Below, piece by piece: positions 1-11,942 of a stretch of DNA of 64,000 nt. The notes below the pieces were generated by a model. The model was not told where the DNA came from. It did no database searches and saw only the letters and a list, made by a program, of their open reading frames with translations. Position numbers and translations under genes: made by a program. This stretch comes from Escherichia coli (GTDB lineage Bacteria > Pseudomonadota > Gammaproteobacteria > Enterobacterales > Enterobacteriaceae): the NCBI RefSeq assembly GCF_003991155.1, contig NZ_CP031293.1. The stretch is one strand, 5' to 3'. Numbering within the stretch: position 1 is the stretch's first letter; every line of letters starts with the position of its first letter.

Positions 1-1335
1 TTCAACAGATGCATCGGTGATCACCTGCCAGCGCGTTTTATTATCCAGCGTGGCGTCAGGATGCTGGTGCTGCCACTCTTCCAGCCGTTTATGCGCATTC
101 TCGATCATGACGATAGCGGCATCGACCATCGCCCCGACGGCAATCGCAATGCCACCCAACGACATAATATTGGCGTTCAGTCCCTGAAAGTGCATGACAA
201 TAAAAGCAATACACAACCCCAGCGGCAACGAAATAATCGCCACCAGCGCCGAGCGCACATGCCAGAGAAACAGCGCACAGACTACCGCCACCACAATAAA
301 CTCTTCCAGCAACTTGCCACTGAGGTTGTCAATGGCGCGGTCAATGAGCTGGCTGCGATCGTATGTTGTAACTATCTCCACGCCTTCCGGCAGACTGCTT
401 TTCAGCGTTTCCAGTTTGTCCTTCACGGCAGCGATCACTTCACGGGCGTTTTTGCCGGAACGCAGGATCACCACCCCGCCCGCCACTTCGCCTTCGCCGT
501 TCAGTTCGGCAATGCCCCGGCGCATCTCCGGGCCAACCTGGACCTTCGCAACATCACGCAGATAAACGGGCACGCCATTTTCACTGGCTTTTAAAACGAT
601 GTGATTAAAGTCGTCGAGCGTTTGCAGATAGCCGCTGGCGCGCACCATATATTCCGCTTCCGCCAGTTCGATCGACGAACCGCCCGTTTCCTGGTTTGAA
701 GCATCCAGCGCGCTTTTTACTTCGGCGAGACTGATGCCATACTGCGCCAGGCGCTGAGGATCGATAACCACCTGATACTCTTTCACCACACCGCCCACCG
801 ACGCCACTTCCGCAACGTCAGGGATGGTTTTTAGCTCATATTTGAGAAACCAGTCCTGCAATGAGCGTAAATCGGCCAGATCGTGCTTACCGCTGCGATC
901 CACCAGTGCATATTCATAGATCCAGCCAACACCCGTGGCATCTGGCCCCAGCTCGGCGCTGACTCCCGCAGGCAGCTTACCCTGTACCTGGTTGAGGTAC
1001 TCCAGCACCCGCGAGCGCGCCCAGTACGGATCGGTGCCATCTTCGAAAATGACATACACATAAGAGTCGCCAAACTGCGAGAAACCGCGCACAGTCTTCG
1101 CGCCAGGCACCGACAACATGGTGGTGGTTAGCGGATAAGTCACCTGATTTTCAACGATTTGCGGTGCCTGACCGGGATAGCTGGTTTTAATAATCACCTG
1201 TACATCAGAGAGATCCGGCAGTGCATCCACTGGCGTGTTAATGATAGTCCAGGTGCCCCAGATACTCAGAAACAACGCGCCCATCAGCACCAGAAAACGG
1301 TTCGTCACCGAGCGACGAATAATCCATTCAATCAT
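1..1335 (-). CDS. cusA: CusA RND copper/silver efflux pump, N-terminal ~445 codons (gene runs off window start)
   Basis: Reverse-strand translation from ATG at 1333-1335 reads [16 protein letters not shown]...; directly downstream of cusB in cusCFBA order; not in ORF track because it has no stop in window. Confidence 0.9.
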   Translation of the reverse strand, partial: MIEWIIRRSVTNRFLVLMGALFLSIWGTWTIINTPVDALPDLSDVQVIIKTSYPGQAPQIVENQVTYPLTTTMLSVPGAKTVRGFSQFGDSYVYVIFEDGTDPYWARSRVLEYLNQVQGKLPAGVSAELGPDATGVGWIYEYALVDRSGKHDLADLRSLQDWFLKYELKTIPDVAEVASVGGVVKEYQVVIDPQRLAQYGISLAEVKSALDASNQETGGSSIELAEAEYMVRASGYLQTLDDFNHIVLKASENGVPVYLRDVAKVQVGPEMRRGIAELNGEGEVAGGVVILRSGKNAREVIAAVKDKLETLKSSLPEGVEIVTTYDRSQLIDRAIDNLSGKLLEEFIVVAVVCALFLWHVRSALVAIISLPLGLCIAFIVMHFQGLNANIMSLGGIAIAVGAMVDAAIVMIENAHKRLEEWQHQHPDATLDNKTRWQVITDASVE

Positions 1336-1346
1336 TGGCTATTCCC

Positions 1347-2570
1347 TCAATGCGCATGGGTAGCACTTTCAGAGCGCATCCGCTCCAGTGCGCCAGAAAT
1401 ATTGGCTTCAGAATCAATCAGGAACAGGCCGCTGGAAACCACCTTTTCACCTTCCGCCAGACCAGAGCGTAACGCGGTGACGCCTTGCGATGCCTGGAAA
1501 ACGGCAACGCGTTTCGGTACAAAGCATCCGTCAGCATCAACGGTAATCACCCGCTGTTCACTGCCGGTATCAATCAGCGCCTGTGACGGAATGAGCAGCA
1601 TCGGTTCGCTGGCGGTATTGAGTTGCAACCAGGCGTTCATGCCCGGTTTTAGCGCCTCGTCGGCGTTGTCGATTTCCAGACGCAACTGCAGCGTGCGGGT
1701 CGCGGCATCCACGCCGGGTAGCAGGGTCCATTTGCGAATGGTGAGTGTTTTATCAGGTCGCGCCGGAACGGTGAGCGTAAACTGCGAGGCATCTTTCACC
1801 AGCCAGGCGATGGACTCCGGGATCGCAGCAGTGACCCACACCGGGTCCATACCCTGAATTTTCGCGACCACGTTATCTTTGGCGATATTCATTCCCGCGC
1901 GCAGATCAAACGCGGTGATCACGCCATCAATGGGCGCTTTGAGCGTAAAGCGAGTCTGGATTTTTTGCGTGGCGATCAGGCGGCGAATATCCGCCTCCGG
2001 CATTCCCGCCAGTCTCAGCCGCTCAAGAATGCCTTCAGTCTGGGTCGCCGTACCGCCGGTTTCGCGCAGCAGTAAATACTCACTCTGCGCTTCCACCCAG
2101 TCGGGAATGGTCAGGTCGAGAAGCGGCGCGCCCTTTTGCACTTTATCGCCCACGGTAAGCGGATACACCTTGTCGATAAACCCGGCGGCGCGGGCCTGCA
2201 CAATGGCAAACTGATACTCGTTGTAACTGACATTAGCGGGGAAACTCTGGGCAAAAGTCAGCGGCCCGCGCGTGACGGTCGCCGTTTTCACCCCCAGATT
2301 CTGCGTCTGGGTCGGGTCAATGCGTACACCAGACGCAGAACTCTCTTCATCGGCATATTTCGGCACCAGATCCATATCCATAAACGGCGATTTACCTGGT
2401 TTATCGAACCGCGTATTGGGATACATCGGGTCGTACCAGAATAAGATTTTACGTTCTGCGGTCGGCGTTTTTTCTGCGGGCGGTTCAGCCTTTGCAAACC
2501 AGGTAAAACCTGCCGCAGAAATAATACCGCCCGCGATCATGCTGCCGATAATAAGCGCGATTTTTTTCAT
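1347..2570 (-). CDS. cusB: CusB periplasmic adaptor of the Cus efflux system
   Basis: 407-aa ORF MKKIALIIGSMIAGGIISAAG...; membrane-fusion protein; synteny cusC-cusF-cusB-cusA. Confidence 0.95.
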   Translation of the reverse strand: MKKIALIIGSMIAGGIISAAGFTWFAKAEPPAEKTPTAERKILFWYDPMYPNTRFDKPGKSPFMDMDLVPKYADEESSASGVRIDPTQTQNLGVKTATVTRGPLTFAQSFPANVSYNEYQFAIVQARAAGFIDKVYPLTVGDKVQKGAPLLDLTIPDWVEAQSEYLLLRETGGTATQTEGILERLRLAGMPEADIRRLIATQKIQTRFTLKAPIDGVITAFDLRAGMNIAKDNVVAKIQGMDPVWVTAAIPESIAWLVKDASQFTLTVPARPDKTLTIRKWTLLPGVDAATRTLQLRLEIDNADEALKPGMNAWLQLNTASEPMLLIPSQALIDTGSEQRVITVDADGCFVPKRVAVFQASQGVTALRSGLAEGEKVVSSGLFLIDSEANISGALERMRSESATHAH

Positions 2571-2585
2571 CTCATTAAACCTGGG

Positions 2586-2918
2586 TTACTGGCTGACTTT
2601 AATATCCTGTAATAAAGAAAGGTTGCCCTGCTGGACAAAATTAAACGCCACTTTGTCGCCAGTTTTAATTTCGCTCATTTTCGTCTGCGGGGTGATGGTA
2701 AAGCGCATGGTCATCTCCGGCCAGTTCACGGCAGCAATCGGAGCGTGATGGATGGTGATTTTTTTGCTTTCCAGATCAATACCTTTTACCACGCCAGTGG
2801 CGCTAATAACCTGTGGTTGTGCTTCGCTCATGGTTTCATGATGATGTTCGTTAGCCTGGGCATTAAAGCCAATAACGGTAAACAGACTGAACATTGCGAC
2901 TTGCAGTGCTTTTCTCAT
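2586..2918 (-). CDS. cusF: CusF periplasmic copper chaperone
   Basis: ORF from internal Met MRKALQVAMFSLFTVIGFNAQANEHHHETMSEAQ...; ~110 aa; between cusC and cusB. Confidence 0.9.
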   Translation of the reverse strand: MRKALQVAMFSLFTVIGFNAQANEHHHETMSEAQPQVISATGVVKGIDLESKKITIHHAPIAAVNWPEMTMRFTITPQTKMSEIKTGDKVAFNFVQQGNLSLLQDIKVSQ

Positions 2919-2941
2919 ATATTCTCTCCTGGAGTTAAAAA

Positions 2942-4324
2942 TTATTGCTGCCAACCGCCGCCTAAGGCGGCATATAAAGAAATTTCGTTAACCTGACGGG
3001 CATAATTCAGGTCAAGTAAAGTTTGTCGGGTTGCAAATAAAGAACGCTCAGCATCCAGCACTTCCAGATAACTTACCGCGCCGTGCTGATATAATGCCCG
3101 CGCCCGTTGCAAAGTAATTTGCAGCGACGCAAGATAACGCTGCTGGGCGCTGATTTGATCGTTCAGGCTTTGACGTAATGCCAGCGCATCTGCCACTTCT
3201 TTAAAGGCGTTCTGGATTTTCTGTTCATAATTCACCACCGACTGCTGCTGGCGAATTTCGGCGATATCCAGATTGGCCTGGTTGCGTCCGGCATTAAAAA
3301 TGGGGATCTCAATTTTAGGAATAAAATTCCACATCCCGCTGCTGGCGTTAAATAATGACGACAGATCGCTGCTGGCGGTTGATATTTCGCTGGTCAGGCT
3401 GATAGACGGGAAAAATGCCGCACGCGCAGCACCAATATTGGCATTAGCCGCCATTAACGCGTGTTCAGCTTCCATAATATCCGGGCGCTGCAATAAGATT
3501 TGCGACGACAAGCCCGCCGGTAATTTAACGCTTTGCAGGCTGTCGCTGTTTACTGTCTGCGCTTGCGGCAGCTTGCCGTAGCTTCCCAATAACAGTTGCA
3601 ATGCATTATTCGCCTGCGCCAGTTCCCCCTGACGTTTAGCGATGTCGCTGCGGGTACTTTCTATCACCCCGCGAGCCTGTTCCAGCGCCAGAACATTGCT
3701 GCTACCGGTCAACAGTTGTTTTTCGACAAACGCATATGACTGCTGATAATTACGCAGCGTTTCTTCGGCTATTTGCAATTGCGCATACGCCAGTTGCTGA
3801 TTGAAATAGCTTTGTGCGACATTAGAAACTAGCAAAATATGCACCGCGCGCTGAGCTTCCTCAGTGGCTAAATAATTTTGGCGCTCGGCTTCGCTCATGT
3901 TCTTTAAGCGACCGAAAAAATCGAGATCAAAGCTGGCGTTAAGGCCAGTCGAGAACTCCCGCGTCGTGGCTGAATCGCCTTTAAGATTGCCGCTCCAGCT
4001 GCCGCTGCCCTCGCCATTGAGCTGTGGGTAGCGGTCGGCATCGGTCAGACGATATTGCGCCCGCGCTTCCTGCACTTTCAGCGCCGCCATGCGCAAATCC
4101 CGGTTATTCACCAACGCCTCGCTAATCAGCGTCTTCACCCGATTATCAACAAAAAAGGTGCGCCAGCCCGCGTTCTGGTAGTTATCTGCTGCGTTAACCA
4201 GGCCGTTCTGGCTGAGTGAGAACTGCTGCGGCACGGGCATTGCCGGACGCTGATAATCCGGTGCCAGTGAACAACCGGTTAGCGCAAGGGCCACACAAAA
4301 TGGCAGAAGTTTACAAGGAGACAT
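2942..4324 (-). CDS. cusC: CusC outer membrane factor lipoprotein
   Basis: 460-aa ORF MSPCKLLPFCVALALTGCSLAPDYQRP... with lipobox; OMF family. Confidence 0.95.
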   Translation of the reverse strand: MSPCKLLPFCVALALTGCSLAPDYQRPAMPVPQQFSLSQNGLVNAADNYQNAGWRTFFVDNRVKTLISEALVNNRDLRMAALKVQEARAQYRLTDADRYPQLNGEGSGSWSGNLKGDSATTREFSTGLNASFDLDFFGRLKNMSEAERQNYLATEEAQRAVHILLVSNVAQSYFNQQLAYAQLQIAEETLRNYQQSYAFVEKQLLTGSSNVLALEQARGVIESTRSDIAKRQGELAQANNALQLLLGSYGKLPQAQTVNSDSLQSVKLPAGLSSQILLQRPDIMEAEHALMAANANIGAARAAFFPSISLTSEISTASSDLSSLFNASSGMWNFIPKIEIPIFNAGRNQANLDIAEIRQQQSVVNYEQKIQNAFKEVADALALRQSLNDQISAQQRYLASLQITLQRARALYQHGAVSYLEVLDAERSLFATRQTLLDLNYARQVNEISLYAALGGGWQQ

Positions 4325-4393
4325 AGGCTCATAATTTCTGGTGATTTTATGCCGCCAACTTTACTCGCCAGGCTCTGATTTTCCGGTGACAGG

Positions 4394-4415
4394 AAAATGA
4401 CAAAATTGTCATTTT
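4394..4415. promoter_or_regulatory. CusR box palindrome in the cusC-cusR divergent intergenic region
   Basis: Palindrome AAAATGACAAAATTGTCATTTT between the divergent cusC and cusR starts. Confidence 0.75.
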
Positions 4416-4480
4416 GCCAATAAGCGATTGCCATCTGATCCCGCTACTCTAGAATTGCCCGGGCAACATGCGGAGGAAAT

Positions 4481-5164
4481 ATGAAACTGTTGATTGTCGA
4501 AGATGAAAAGAAAACCGGAGAATACTTGACCAAAGGGTTAACCGAAGCCGGTTTTGTGGTCGATTTGGCCGACAACGGGCTGAATGGCTACCATCTGGCG
4601 ATGACCGGTGATTATGATCTGATAATCCTCGATATTATGCTGCCGGACGTGAACGGCTGGGATATCGTGCGCATGTTGCGTTCCGCCAATAAGGGGATGC
4701 CGATTCTGTTGCTTACCGCGCTTGGCACCATTGAACATCGCGTCAAGGGGCTGGAGTTGGGGGCCGATGACTATCTGGTGAAGCCGTTCGCTTTTGCTGA
4801 ACTGCTGGCGCGGGTGCGCACTCTCCTGCGGCGCGGGGCGGCGGTGATTATCGAAAGTCAGTTTCAGGTTGCCGATCTGATGGTCGATCTCGTCAGCCGC
4901 AAAGTCACCCGCAGCGGCACGCGCATCACTCTGACCAGTAAAGAATTTACTCTGCTGGAGTTTTTCCTTCGCCATCAGGGCGAAGTGCTGCCCCGCTCGC
5001 TTATCGCCTCGCAGGTATGGGACATGAATTTCGACAGCGACACTAACGCCATTGATGTGGCGGTGAAGCGGCTACGCGGCAAAATCGACAACGACTTTGA
5101 GCCGAAGCTGATTCAAACCGTGCGCGGCGTGGGTTACATGCTTGAGGTACCGGATGGCCAGTAA
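4481..5164 (+). CDS. cusR: CusR OmpR-family response regulator
   Basis: 227-aa [19 protein letters not shown]...; receiver plus winged-helix domains. Confidence 0.95.
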
Positions 5165-6596
5165 GCCATTTCAGCGCCCGTTTTCGCTGGCAACCCGCCT
5201 GACCTTTTTTATCAGCCTGGCCACCATCGCGGCGTTTTTCGCCTTTGCATGGATCATGATCCACTCAGTAAAAGTGCATTTTGCCGAGCAGGATATTAAT
5301 GATTTAAAAGAGATTAGCGCCACCCTTGAACGGGTACTAAATCACCCTGACGAAACGCAAGCCCGACGCTTAATGACGCTGGAAGATATTGTCAGTGGTT
5401 ATTCCAACGTGTTGATTTCCCTGGCAGATAGCCACGGCAAAACGGTGTATCACTCCCCCGGTGCGCCTGATATCCGCGAGTTTGCACGTGATGCCATACC
5501 CGATAAAGACGCTCGGAGCGGCGAGGTGTATCTCCTTTCCGGCCCGACAATGATGATGCCAGGCCACGGTCACGGGCATATGGAACACAGCAACTGGCGG
5601 ATGATTAACTTGCCGGTTGGCCCGTTGGTGGACGGCAAACCGATTTATACGCTCTACATCGCGCTTTCGATCGATTTTCATCTTCATTACATAAATGATT
5701 TGATGAATAAACTTATTATGACCGCATCGATCATCAGCATCCTGATCGTCTTTATCGTGCTGCTGGCGGTACATAAAGGCCACGCGCCAATTCGCAGCGT
5801 CAGCCGTCAAATCCAGAACATTACCTCGAAAGATCTCGACGTTCGCCTCGATCCACAGACCGTGCCCATTGAACTCGAACAACTGGTGCTGTCGTTCAAC
5901 CATATGATCGAGCGTATCGAGGATGTCTTTACCCGCCAGTCCAATTTCTCAGCGGATATCGCTCACGAAATTCGCACGCCGATTACGAATCTCATAACGC
6001 AAACGGAAATCGCCCTCAGCCAGTCGCGCAGTCAGAAGGAGCTGGAAGATGTGCTCTACTCTAATCTCGAAGAGCTGACTCGAATGGCGAAAATGGTCAG
6101 CGATATGTTGTTTCTCGCCCAGGCCGATAACAACCAGTTAATCCCCGAAAAGAAAATGCTCAACCTGGCGGATGAAGTCGGCAAAGTGTTCGATTTTTTC
6201 GAGGCGTTAGCGGAAGATCGCGGCGTGGAGTTGCGGTTTGTTGGTGACGAGTGTCAGGTTGCGGGCGATCCGCTGATGTTGCGTCGGGCGTTAAGCAACC
6301 TGCTTTCGAACGCCCTGCGTTATACGCCACCCGGAGAGGCAATTGTTGTGCGCTGCCAGACGGTCGATCACCAGGTGCAAGTTTCCGTCGAAAACCCCGG
6401 TACGCCCATTGCGCCCGAACACTTACCGCGATTGTTTGACCGTTTCTACCGCGTTGATCCTTCCCGCCAGCGAAAAGGCGAAGGTAGCGGCATTGGGCTG
6501 GCGATAGTGAAATCAATTGTTGTCGCGCATAAAGGCACGGTTGCAGTAACTTCAGATGCGCGCGGAACAAGGTTTGTTATCATATTACCCGCTTAA
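5154..6596 (+). CDS. cusS: CusS copper-sensing histidine kinase
   Basis: Start [16 protein letters not shown] overlaps the cusR stop; H-box HEIRTPIT; HATPase C-terminus. Confidence 0.9.
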
Positions 6597-6745
6597 TCCT
6601 TCAGCAAACGGCAACTTTTATAACCAGTGTAAAAATAACGTGCCGCAATAATCCTACCTATTAATGATAAAAAGCTGTCACAATTCATAAAAAACTTTAA
6701 TATACGCCACCCTAAACATAACCAGCGTTAATGTAAGGTTTTTGT

Positions 6746-8983
6746 GTGGACTGGCTTCTTGATGTTTTTGCTACCTGGCTCTACGGCTTAAAAGTAATCG
6801 CGATAACGTTAGCGGTCATCATGTTCATCAGCGGGCTGGACGATTTTTTTATTGATGTCGTCTACTGGGTACGCCGCATTAAACGCAAGTTGAGTGTTTA
6901 TCGCCGCTACCCGCGAATGAGTTACCGCGAACTGTATAAACCAGATGAAAAACCGTTAGCGATTATGGTTCCGGCGTGGAATGAAACGGGCGTCATCGGC
7001 AATATGGCCGAGCTGGCGGCGACCACGCTCGACTACGAAAACTATCATATCTTTGTTGGCACCTACCCCAACGACCCCGATACTCAGCGTGATGTTGACG
7101 AAGTGTGCGCTCGCTTCCCGAACGTGCATAAGGTAGTCTGCGCGCGTCCTGGCCCCACCAGCAAAGCCGACTGTCTGAACAACGTGCTGGACGCCATCAC
7201 CCAATTTGAACGTAGCGCCAATTTCGCTTTTGCTGGTTTTATTCTGCATGACGCCGAAGATGTGATTTCACCGATGGAATTGCGTCTGTTCAACTATCTG
7301 GTCGAGCGTAAAGATCTGATTCAGATCCCAGTGTATCCGTTCGAACGCGAATGGACGCACTTCACCAGCATGACTTACATTGATGAGTTTTCAGAACTGC
7401 ATGGCAAAGATGTTCCGGTGCGTGAAGCCCTCGCCGGACAAGTGCCCAGCGCAGGCGTCGGCACCTGTTTCAGCCGCCGCGCCGTGACCGCTCTGTTAGC
7501 TGACGGTGACGGTATTGCTTTCGACGTGCAGAGTCTGACTGAAGATTACGATATTGGCTTCCGCCTGAAAGAAAAAGGTATGACGGAAATTTTTGTCCGT
7601 TTTCCGGTGGTGGACGAAGCCAAAGAACGCGAGCAGCGTAAATTTTTACAGCACGCGCGGACGTCAAACATGATCTGCGTGCGCGAATATTTCCCCGATA
7701 CCTTTTCGACGGCGGTTCGACAAAAATCTCGCTGGATCATCGGCATTGTTTTCCAGGGCTTTAAAACCCATAAATGGACCTCCAGCCTGACGCTGAACTA
7801 CTTTCTCTGGCGCGACCGCAAAGGGGCAATCAGTAACTTTGTCAGCTTCCTCGCGATGCTGGTGATGATCCAGCTTTTGCTGTTACTGGCGTATGAAAGT
7901 TTGTGGCCCGATGCCTGGCATTTCCTTTCTATTTTCAGCGGCAGCGCATGGTTAATGACCCTGCTGTGGCTAAACTTTGGTTTGATGGTTAACCGCATCG
8001 TGCAGCGGGTGATTTTTGTCACTGGCTACTACGGTCTGACGCAGGGGCTGCTATCTGTCCTGCGTCTTTTCTGGGGCAACCTGATTAACTTCATGGCCAA
8101 CTGGCGCGCGTTAAAACAGGTACTTCAACACGGCGATCCACGTCGCGTCGCGTGGGATAAAACAACGCATGACTTCCCCAGCGTGACTGGCGATACCCGC
8201 TCGTTGCGCCCGTTAGGCCAAATTCTGCTGGAAAATCAGGTCATCACTGAAGAACAACTCGATACAGCACTGCGTAATCGCGTCGAAGGTCTACGCCTGG
8301 GCGGTTCAATGCTGATGCAGGGGCTGATTAGCGCCGAACAGCTGGCACAGGCGCTGGCAGAGCAAAACGGCGTGGCGTGGGAGTCGATCGACGCCTGGCA
8401 GATCCCTTCATCACTGATTGCCGAAATGCCGGCTTCCGTGGCGCTGCATTATGCAGTACTGCCGCTGCGTCTGGAAAATGATGAGTTAATTGTCGGCAGT
8501 GAAGATGGTATTGACCCGGTTTCGCTGGCAGCCCTGACGCGTAAAGTCGGACGCAAAGTGCGTTACGTCATTGTTCTGCGGGGACAAATTGTCACCGGAT
8601 TACGCCACTGGTATGCACGCCGACGCGGTCACGATCCGCGGGCAATGTTGTACAATGCAGTTCAGCATCAGTGGCTCACGGAACAGCAGGCCGGTGAAAT
8701 CTGGCGGCAATATGTGCCGCATCAGTTCCTGTTCGCCGAAATACTGACCACGCTCGGTCATATTAATCGTTCAGCAATTAACGTGTTGTTATTGCGCCAT
8801 GAACGCAGTTCTCTGCCGCTCGGCAAGTTTTTGGTCACCGAAGGCGTTATCAGCCAGGAAACGTTGGATCGCGTCCTGACAATTCAACGCGAATTACAAG
8901 TTTCGATGCAATCACTATTACTCAAAGCAGGTTTAAACACAGAAAAGGTTGCGCAACTGGAGTCCGAAAATGAAGGAGAATAA
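6746..8983 (+). CDS. nfrB: NfrB inner-membrane glycosyltransferase-like protein (phage N4 adsorption protein B)
   Basis: 745-aa ORF, GTG start, MDWLLDVFATWLYGLKVIA...; synteny with nfrA. Confidence 0.9.
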   Translation: MDWLLDVFATWLYGLKVIAITLAVIMFISGLDDFFIDVVYWVRRIKRKLSVYRRYPRMSYRELYKPDEKPLAIMVPAWNETGVIGNMAELAATTLDYENYHIFVGTYPNDPDTQRDVDEVCARFPNVHKVVCARPGPTSKADCLNNVLDAITQFERSANFAFAGFILHDAEDVISPMELRLFNYLVERKDLIQIPVYPFEREWTHFTSMTYIDEFSELHGKDVPVREALAGQVPSAGVGTCFSRRAVTALLADGDGIAFDVQSLTEDYDIGFRLKEKGMTEIFVRFPVVDEAKEREQRKFLQHARTSNMICVREYFPDTFSTAVRQKSRWIIGIVFQGFKTHKWTSSLTLNYFLWRDRKGAISNFVSFLAMLVMIQLLLLLAYESLWPDAWHFLSIFSGSAWLMTLLWLNFGLMVNRIVQRVIFVTGYYGLTQGLLSVLRLFWGNLINFMANWRALKQVLQHGDPRRVAWDKTTHDFPSVTGDTRSLRPLGQILLENQVITEEQLDTALRNRVEGLRLGGSMLMQGLISAEQLAQALAEQNGVAWESIDAWQIPSSLIAEMPASVALHYAVLPLRLENDELIVGSEDGIDPVSLAALTRKVGRKVRYVIVLRGQIVTGLRHWYARRRGHDPRAMLYNAVQHQWLTEQQAGEIWRQYVPHQFLFAEILTTLGHINRSAINVLLLRHERSSLPLGKFLVTEGVISQETLDRVLTIQRELQVSMQSLLLKAGLNTEKVAQLESENEGE

Positions 8984-11942
8984 CCTTAATCGCGTCATCG
9001 GATGGTCTGGTTTACTGCTGACGTCTTTATTGAGTACCAGCGCACTCGCAGACAATATCGGCACCAGCGCAGAAGAGCTGGGGCTGAGCGATTATCGCCA
9101 TTTCGTTATTTATCCCCGTCTCGACAAGGCGCTGAAGGCACAGAAAAATAACGACGAAGCAACCGCCATCCGCGAATTTGAATATATACACCAACAGGTG
9201 CCGGATAATATTCCACTAACTTTATACCTTGCGGAAGCCTATCGCCATTTTGGTCATGATGACCGGGCGCGGCTGTTGCTTGAGGATCAACTGAAACGTC
9301 ACCCAGGAGATGCCCGACTTGAGCGCAGTCTGGCGGCTATTCCAGTTGAAGTGAAAAGCGTTACGACTGTTGAAGAACTGCTGGCCCAGCAAAAAGCGTG
9401 CGATGCTGCGCCGACCCTGCGTTGTCGCAGTGAAGTTGGGCAGAATGCCCTGCGGCTGGCACAATTACCTGTCGCCAGAGCGCAACTGAACGATGCGACG
9501 TTTGCTGCATCGCCGGAAGGAAAAACGCTGCGAACCGATCTGCTGCAACGGGCAATCTACCTGAAACAATGGTCCCAGGCAGATACGCTATACAATGAAG
9601 CACGCCAGCAGAACACATTAAGCGCGGCAGAACGCCGCCAGTGGTTTGATGTGCTTCTTGCCGGGCAGCTGGACGATCGGATCCTGGCGCTGCAATCACA
9701 GGGGATCTTCACCGATCCTCAGTCATATATTACTTACGCGACCGCGCTGGCTTATCGTGGCGAAAAAGCACGCCTCCAGCGTTATCTCATTGAAAATAAG
9801 CCGCTGTTTACCACGGACGCACAAGAGAAAAGTTGGCTCTATCTGATATCTAAATACAGCGCCAACCCCGTTCAGGCGTTGGCGAATTATACGGTACAGT
9901 TTGCCGATAACCGCCAGTATGTTGTTGGCGCGACGCTACCGGTGCTGTTAAAAGAAGGTCAGTACGACGCAGCGCAAAAACTGCTCGCCACCCTCCCCGC
10001 CAATGAAATGCTTGAGGAGCGTTATACCGTTAGCGTAGCGACCCATAACAAGGCTGAAGCTCTGCGTCTGGCACGATTGCTGTATCAGCAAGAACCGGCA
10101 AATCTTACCCGCCTGGATCAACTGACCTGGCAACTGATGCAGAACGAGCAGTCACGCGAAGCTGCCGATTTATTGCTGCAACGCTATCCTTTCCAGGGCG
10201 ATGCGCGTGTCAGCCAGACGTTAATGGCGCGACTGGCGTCTCTGCTGGAAAGTCATCCTTACCTGGCAACGCCGGCGAAGGTGGCGATTTTATCGAAACC
10301 CTTACCGCTGGCGGAGCAACGTCAGTGGCAAAGTCAGTTGCCGGGTATTGCAGATAATTGCCCGGCTATAGTTCGCTTGCTGGGCGATATGTCGCCTTCC
10401 TACGATGCCGCCGCCTGGAACCGTCTGGCAAAGTGTTATCGGGACACGCTACCCGGTGTGGCGTTGTATGCATGGCTTCAGGCCGAACAACGACAACCGA
10501 ACGCCTGGCAACATCGTGCGGTAGCCTATCAGGCGTATCAGGTTGAGGACTACGCCACCGCACTGGCGGCCTGGCAGAAAATCAGTCTTCACGACATGAG
10601 CAATGAGGATCTGCTTGCTGCTGCCAATACCGCCCAGGCGGCAGGAAATGGTGCGGCTCGCGATCGCTGGCTTCAGCAGGCAGAACAACGTGGGCTGGGA
10701 AACAATGCCCTCTACTGGTGGCTGCATGCGCAACGTTACATTCCTGGTCAGCCGGAACTCGCACTGAACGATCTCACGCGCTCAATCAATATTGCGCCTT
10801 CTGCCAACGCTTACGTTGCGCGGGCGACAATTTATCGCCAACGTCATAATGTCCCGGCGGCGGTGAGTGATTTGCGCGCCGCGCTGGAACTGGAACCGAA
10901 TAATAGCAACACCCAGGCAGCGCTCGGTTACGCCTTGTGGGATAGCGGTGATATCGCACAGTCGCGGGAAATGCTCGAACAGGCGCATAAAGGGCTACCG
11001 GACGATCCGGCACTTATCCGACAACTGGCCTACGTGAACCAGCGTCTGGATGACATGCCTGCGACGCAGCACTACGCCCGGCTGGTGATTGATGACATTG
11101 ATAATCAGGCGCTGATAACCCCACTGACCCCAGAGCAAAATCAGCAACGCTTCAATTTCCGCCGTCTGCATGAGGAGGTCGGTCGCCGCTGGACGTTCAG
11201 TTTCGATTCTTCTATCGGCTTGCGTTCCGGCGCAATGAGTACCGCTAACAATAATGTCGGCGGCGCAGCGCCAGGGAAAAGCTATCGTAGCTACGGGCAA
11301 CTGGAAGCCGAGTACCGCATCGGACGCAATATGCTGCTGGAAGGCGACCTGCTCTCGGTTTACAGCCGTGTATTTGCCGATACCGGTGAAAACGGGGTGA
11401 TGATGCCGGTGAAAAATCCGATGTCCGGCACCGGTCTGCGCTGGAAGCCGCTGCGCGATCAGATCTTTTTCCTCGCCGTCGAACAGCAGTTGCCGCTGAA
11501 CGGCCAAAATGGCGCATCCGATACCATGCTGCGCGCCAGCGCCTCATTCTTTAATGGCGGCAAATACAGCGACGAATGGCACCCGAACGGTTCAGGCTGG
11601 TTTGCCCAAAACCTGTACCTCGATGCGGCGCAATATGTCCGCCAGGATATTCAGGCGTGGACGGCAGATTATCGCGTCAGCTGGCATCAGAAGGTGGCTA
11701 ACGGACAGACTATTGAGCCTTACGCTCACGTTCAGGACAACGGCTATCGTGATAAAGGCACTCAGGGCGCGCAGCTTGGCGGAGTCGGGGTCCGCTGGAA
11801 TATCTGGACCGGCGAGACGCACTACGACGCCTGGCCGCACAAAGTCAGTCTCGGCGTCGAGTATCAACATACCTTTAAGGCGATTAATCAACGTAACGGA
11901 GAGCGCAACAACGCGTTTCTCACCATTGGAGTGCACTGGTAA
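8970..11942 (+). CDS. nfrA: NfrA outer-membrane protein (phage N4 receptor)
   Basis: Start MKENNLNRVIGWSGLLLTSLLSTSALA (signal peptide); ~990 aa; TPR-like N-terminus. Confidence 0.9.
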   Translation: MKENNLNRVIGWSGLLLTSLLSTSALADNIGTSAEELGLSDYRHFVIYPRLDKALKAQKNNDEATAIREFEYIHQQVPDNIPLTLYLAEAYRHFGHDDRARLLLEDQLKRHPGDARLERSLAAIPVEVKSVTTVEELLAQQKACDAAPTLRCRSEVGQNALRLAQLPVARAQLNDATFAASPEGKTLRTDLLQRAIYLKQWSQADTLYNEARQQNTLSAAERRQWFDVLLAGQLDDRILALQSQGIFTDPQSYITYATALAYRGEKARLQRYLIENKPLFTTDAQEKSWLYLISKYSANPVQALANYTVQFADNRQYVVGATLPVLLKEGQYDAAQKLLATLPANEMLEERYTVSVATHNKAEALRLARLLYQQEPANLTRLDQLTWQLMQNEQSREAADLLLQRYPFQGDARVSQTLMARLASLLESHPYLATPAKVAILSKPLPLAEQRQWQSQLPGIADNCPAIVRLLGDMSPSYDAAAWNRLAKCYRDTLPGVALYAWLQAEQRQPNAWQHRAVAYQAYQVEDYATALAAWQKISLHDMSNEDLLAAANTAQAAGNGAARDRWLQQAEQRGLGNNALYWWLHAQRYIPGQPELALNDLTRSINIAPSANAYVARATIYRQRHNVPAAVSDLRAALELEPNNSNTQAALGYALWDSGDIAQSREMLEQAHKGLPDDPALIRQLAYVNQRLDDMPATQHYARLVIDDIDNQALITPLTPEQNQQRFNFRRLHEEVGRRWTFSFDSSIGLRSGAMSTANNNVGGAAPGKSYRSYGQLEAEYRIGRNMLLEGDLLSVYSRVFADTGENGVMMPVKNPMSGTGLRWKPLRDQIFFLAVEQQLPLNGQNGASDTMLRASASFFNGGKYSDEWHPNGSGWFAQNLYLDAAQYVRQDIQAWTADYRVSWHQKVANGQTIEPYAHVQDNGYRDKGTQGAQLGGVGVRWNIWTGETHYDAWPHKVSLGVEYQHTFKAINQRNGERNNAFLTIGVHW

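Noticed and set aside
61-1131. Plus-strand ORFs of 80-230 aa inside the cusA/cusB region (e.g. 61-594, 1159-1857)
   Set aside because: They are antisense to the cusA and cusB coding sequence, have low-complexity Arg/Pro/His-rich translations and no RBS context; the real genes are on the minus strand.
6746-11942. nfrB-nfrA as a candidate novel phage-related system
   Set aside because: These are the known chromosomal phage N4 adsorption genes in conserved synteny with cusS and ybcH; ordinary backbone.
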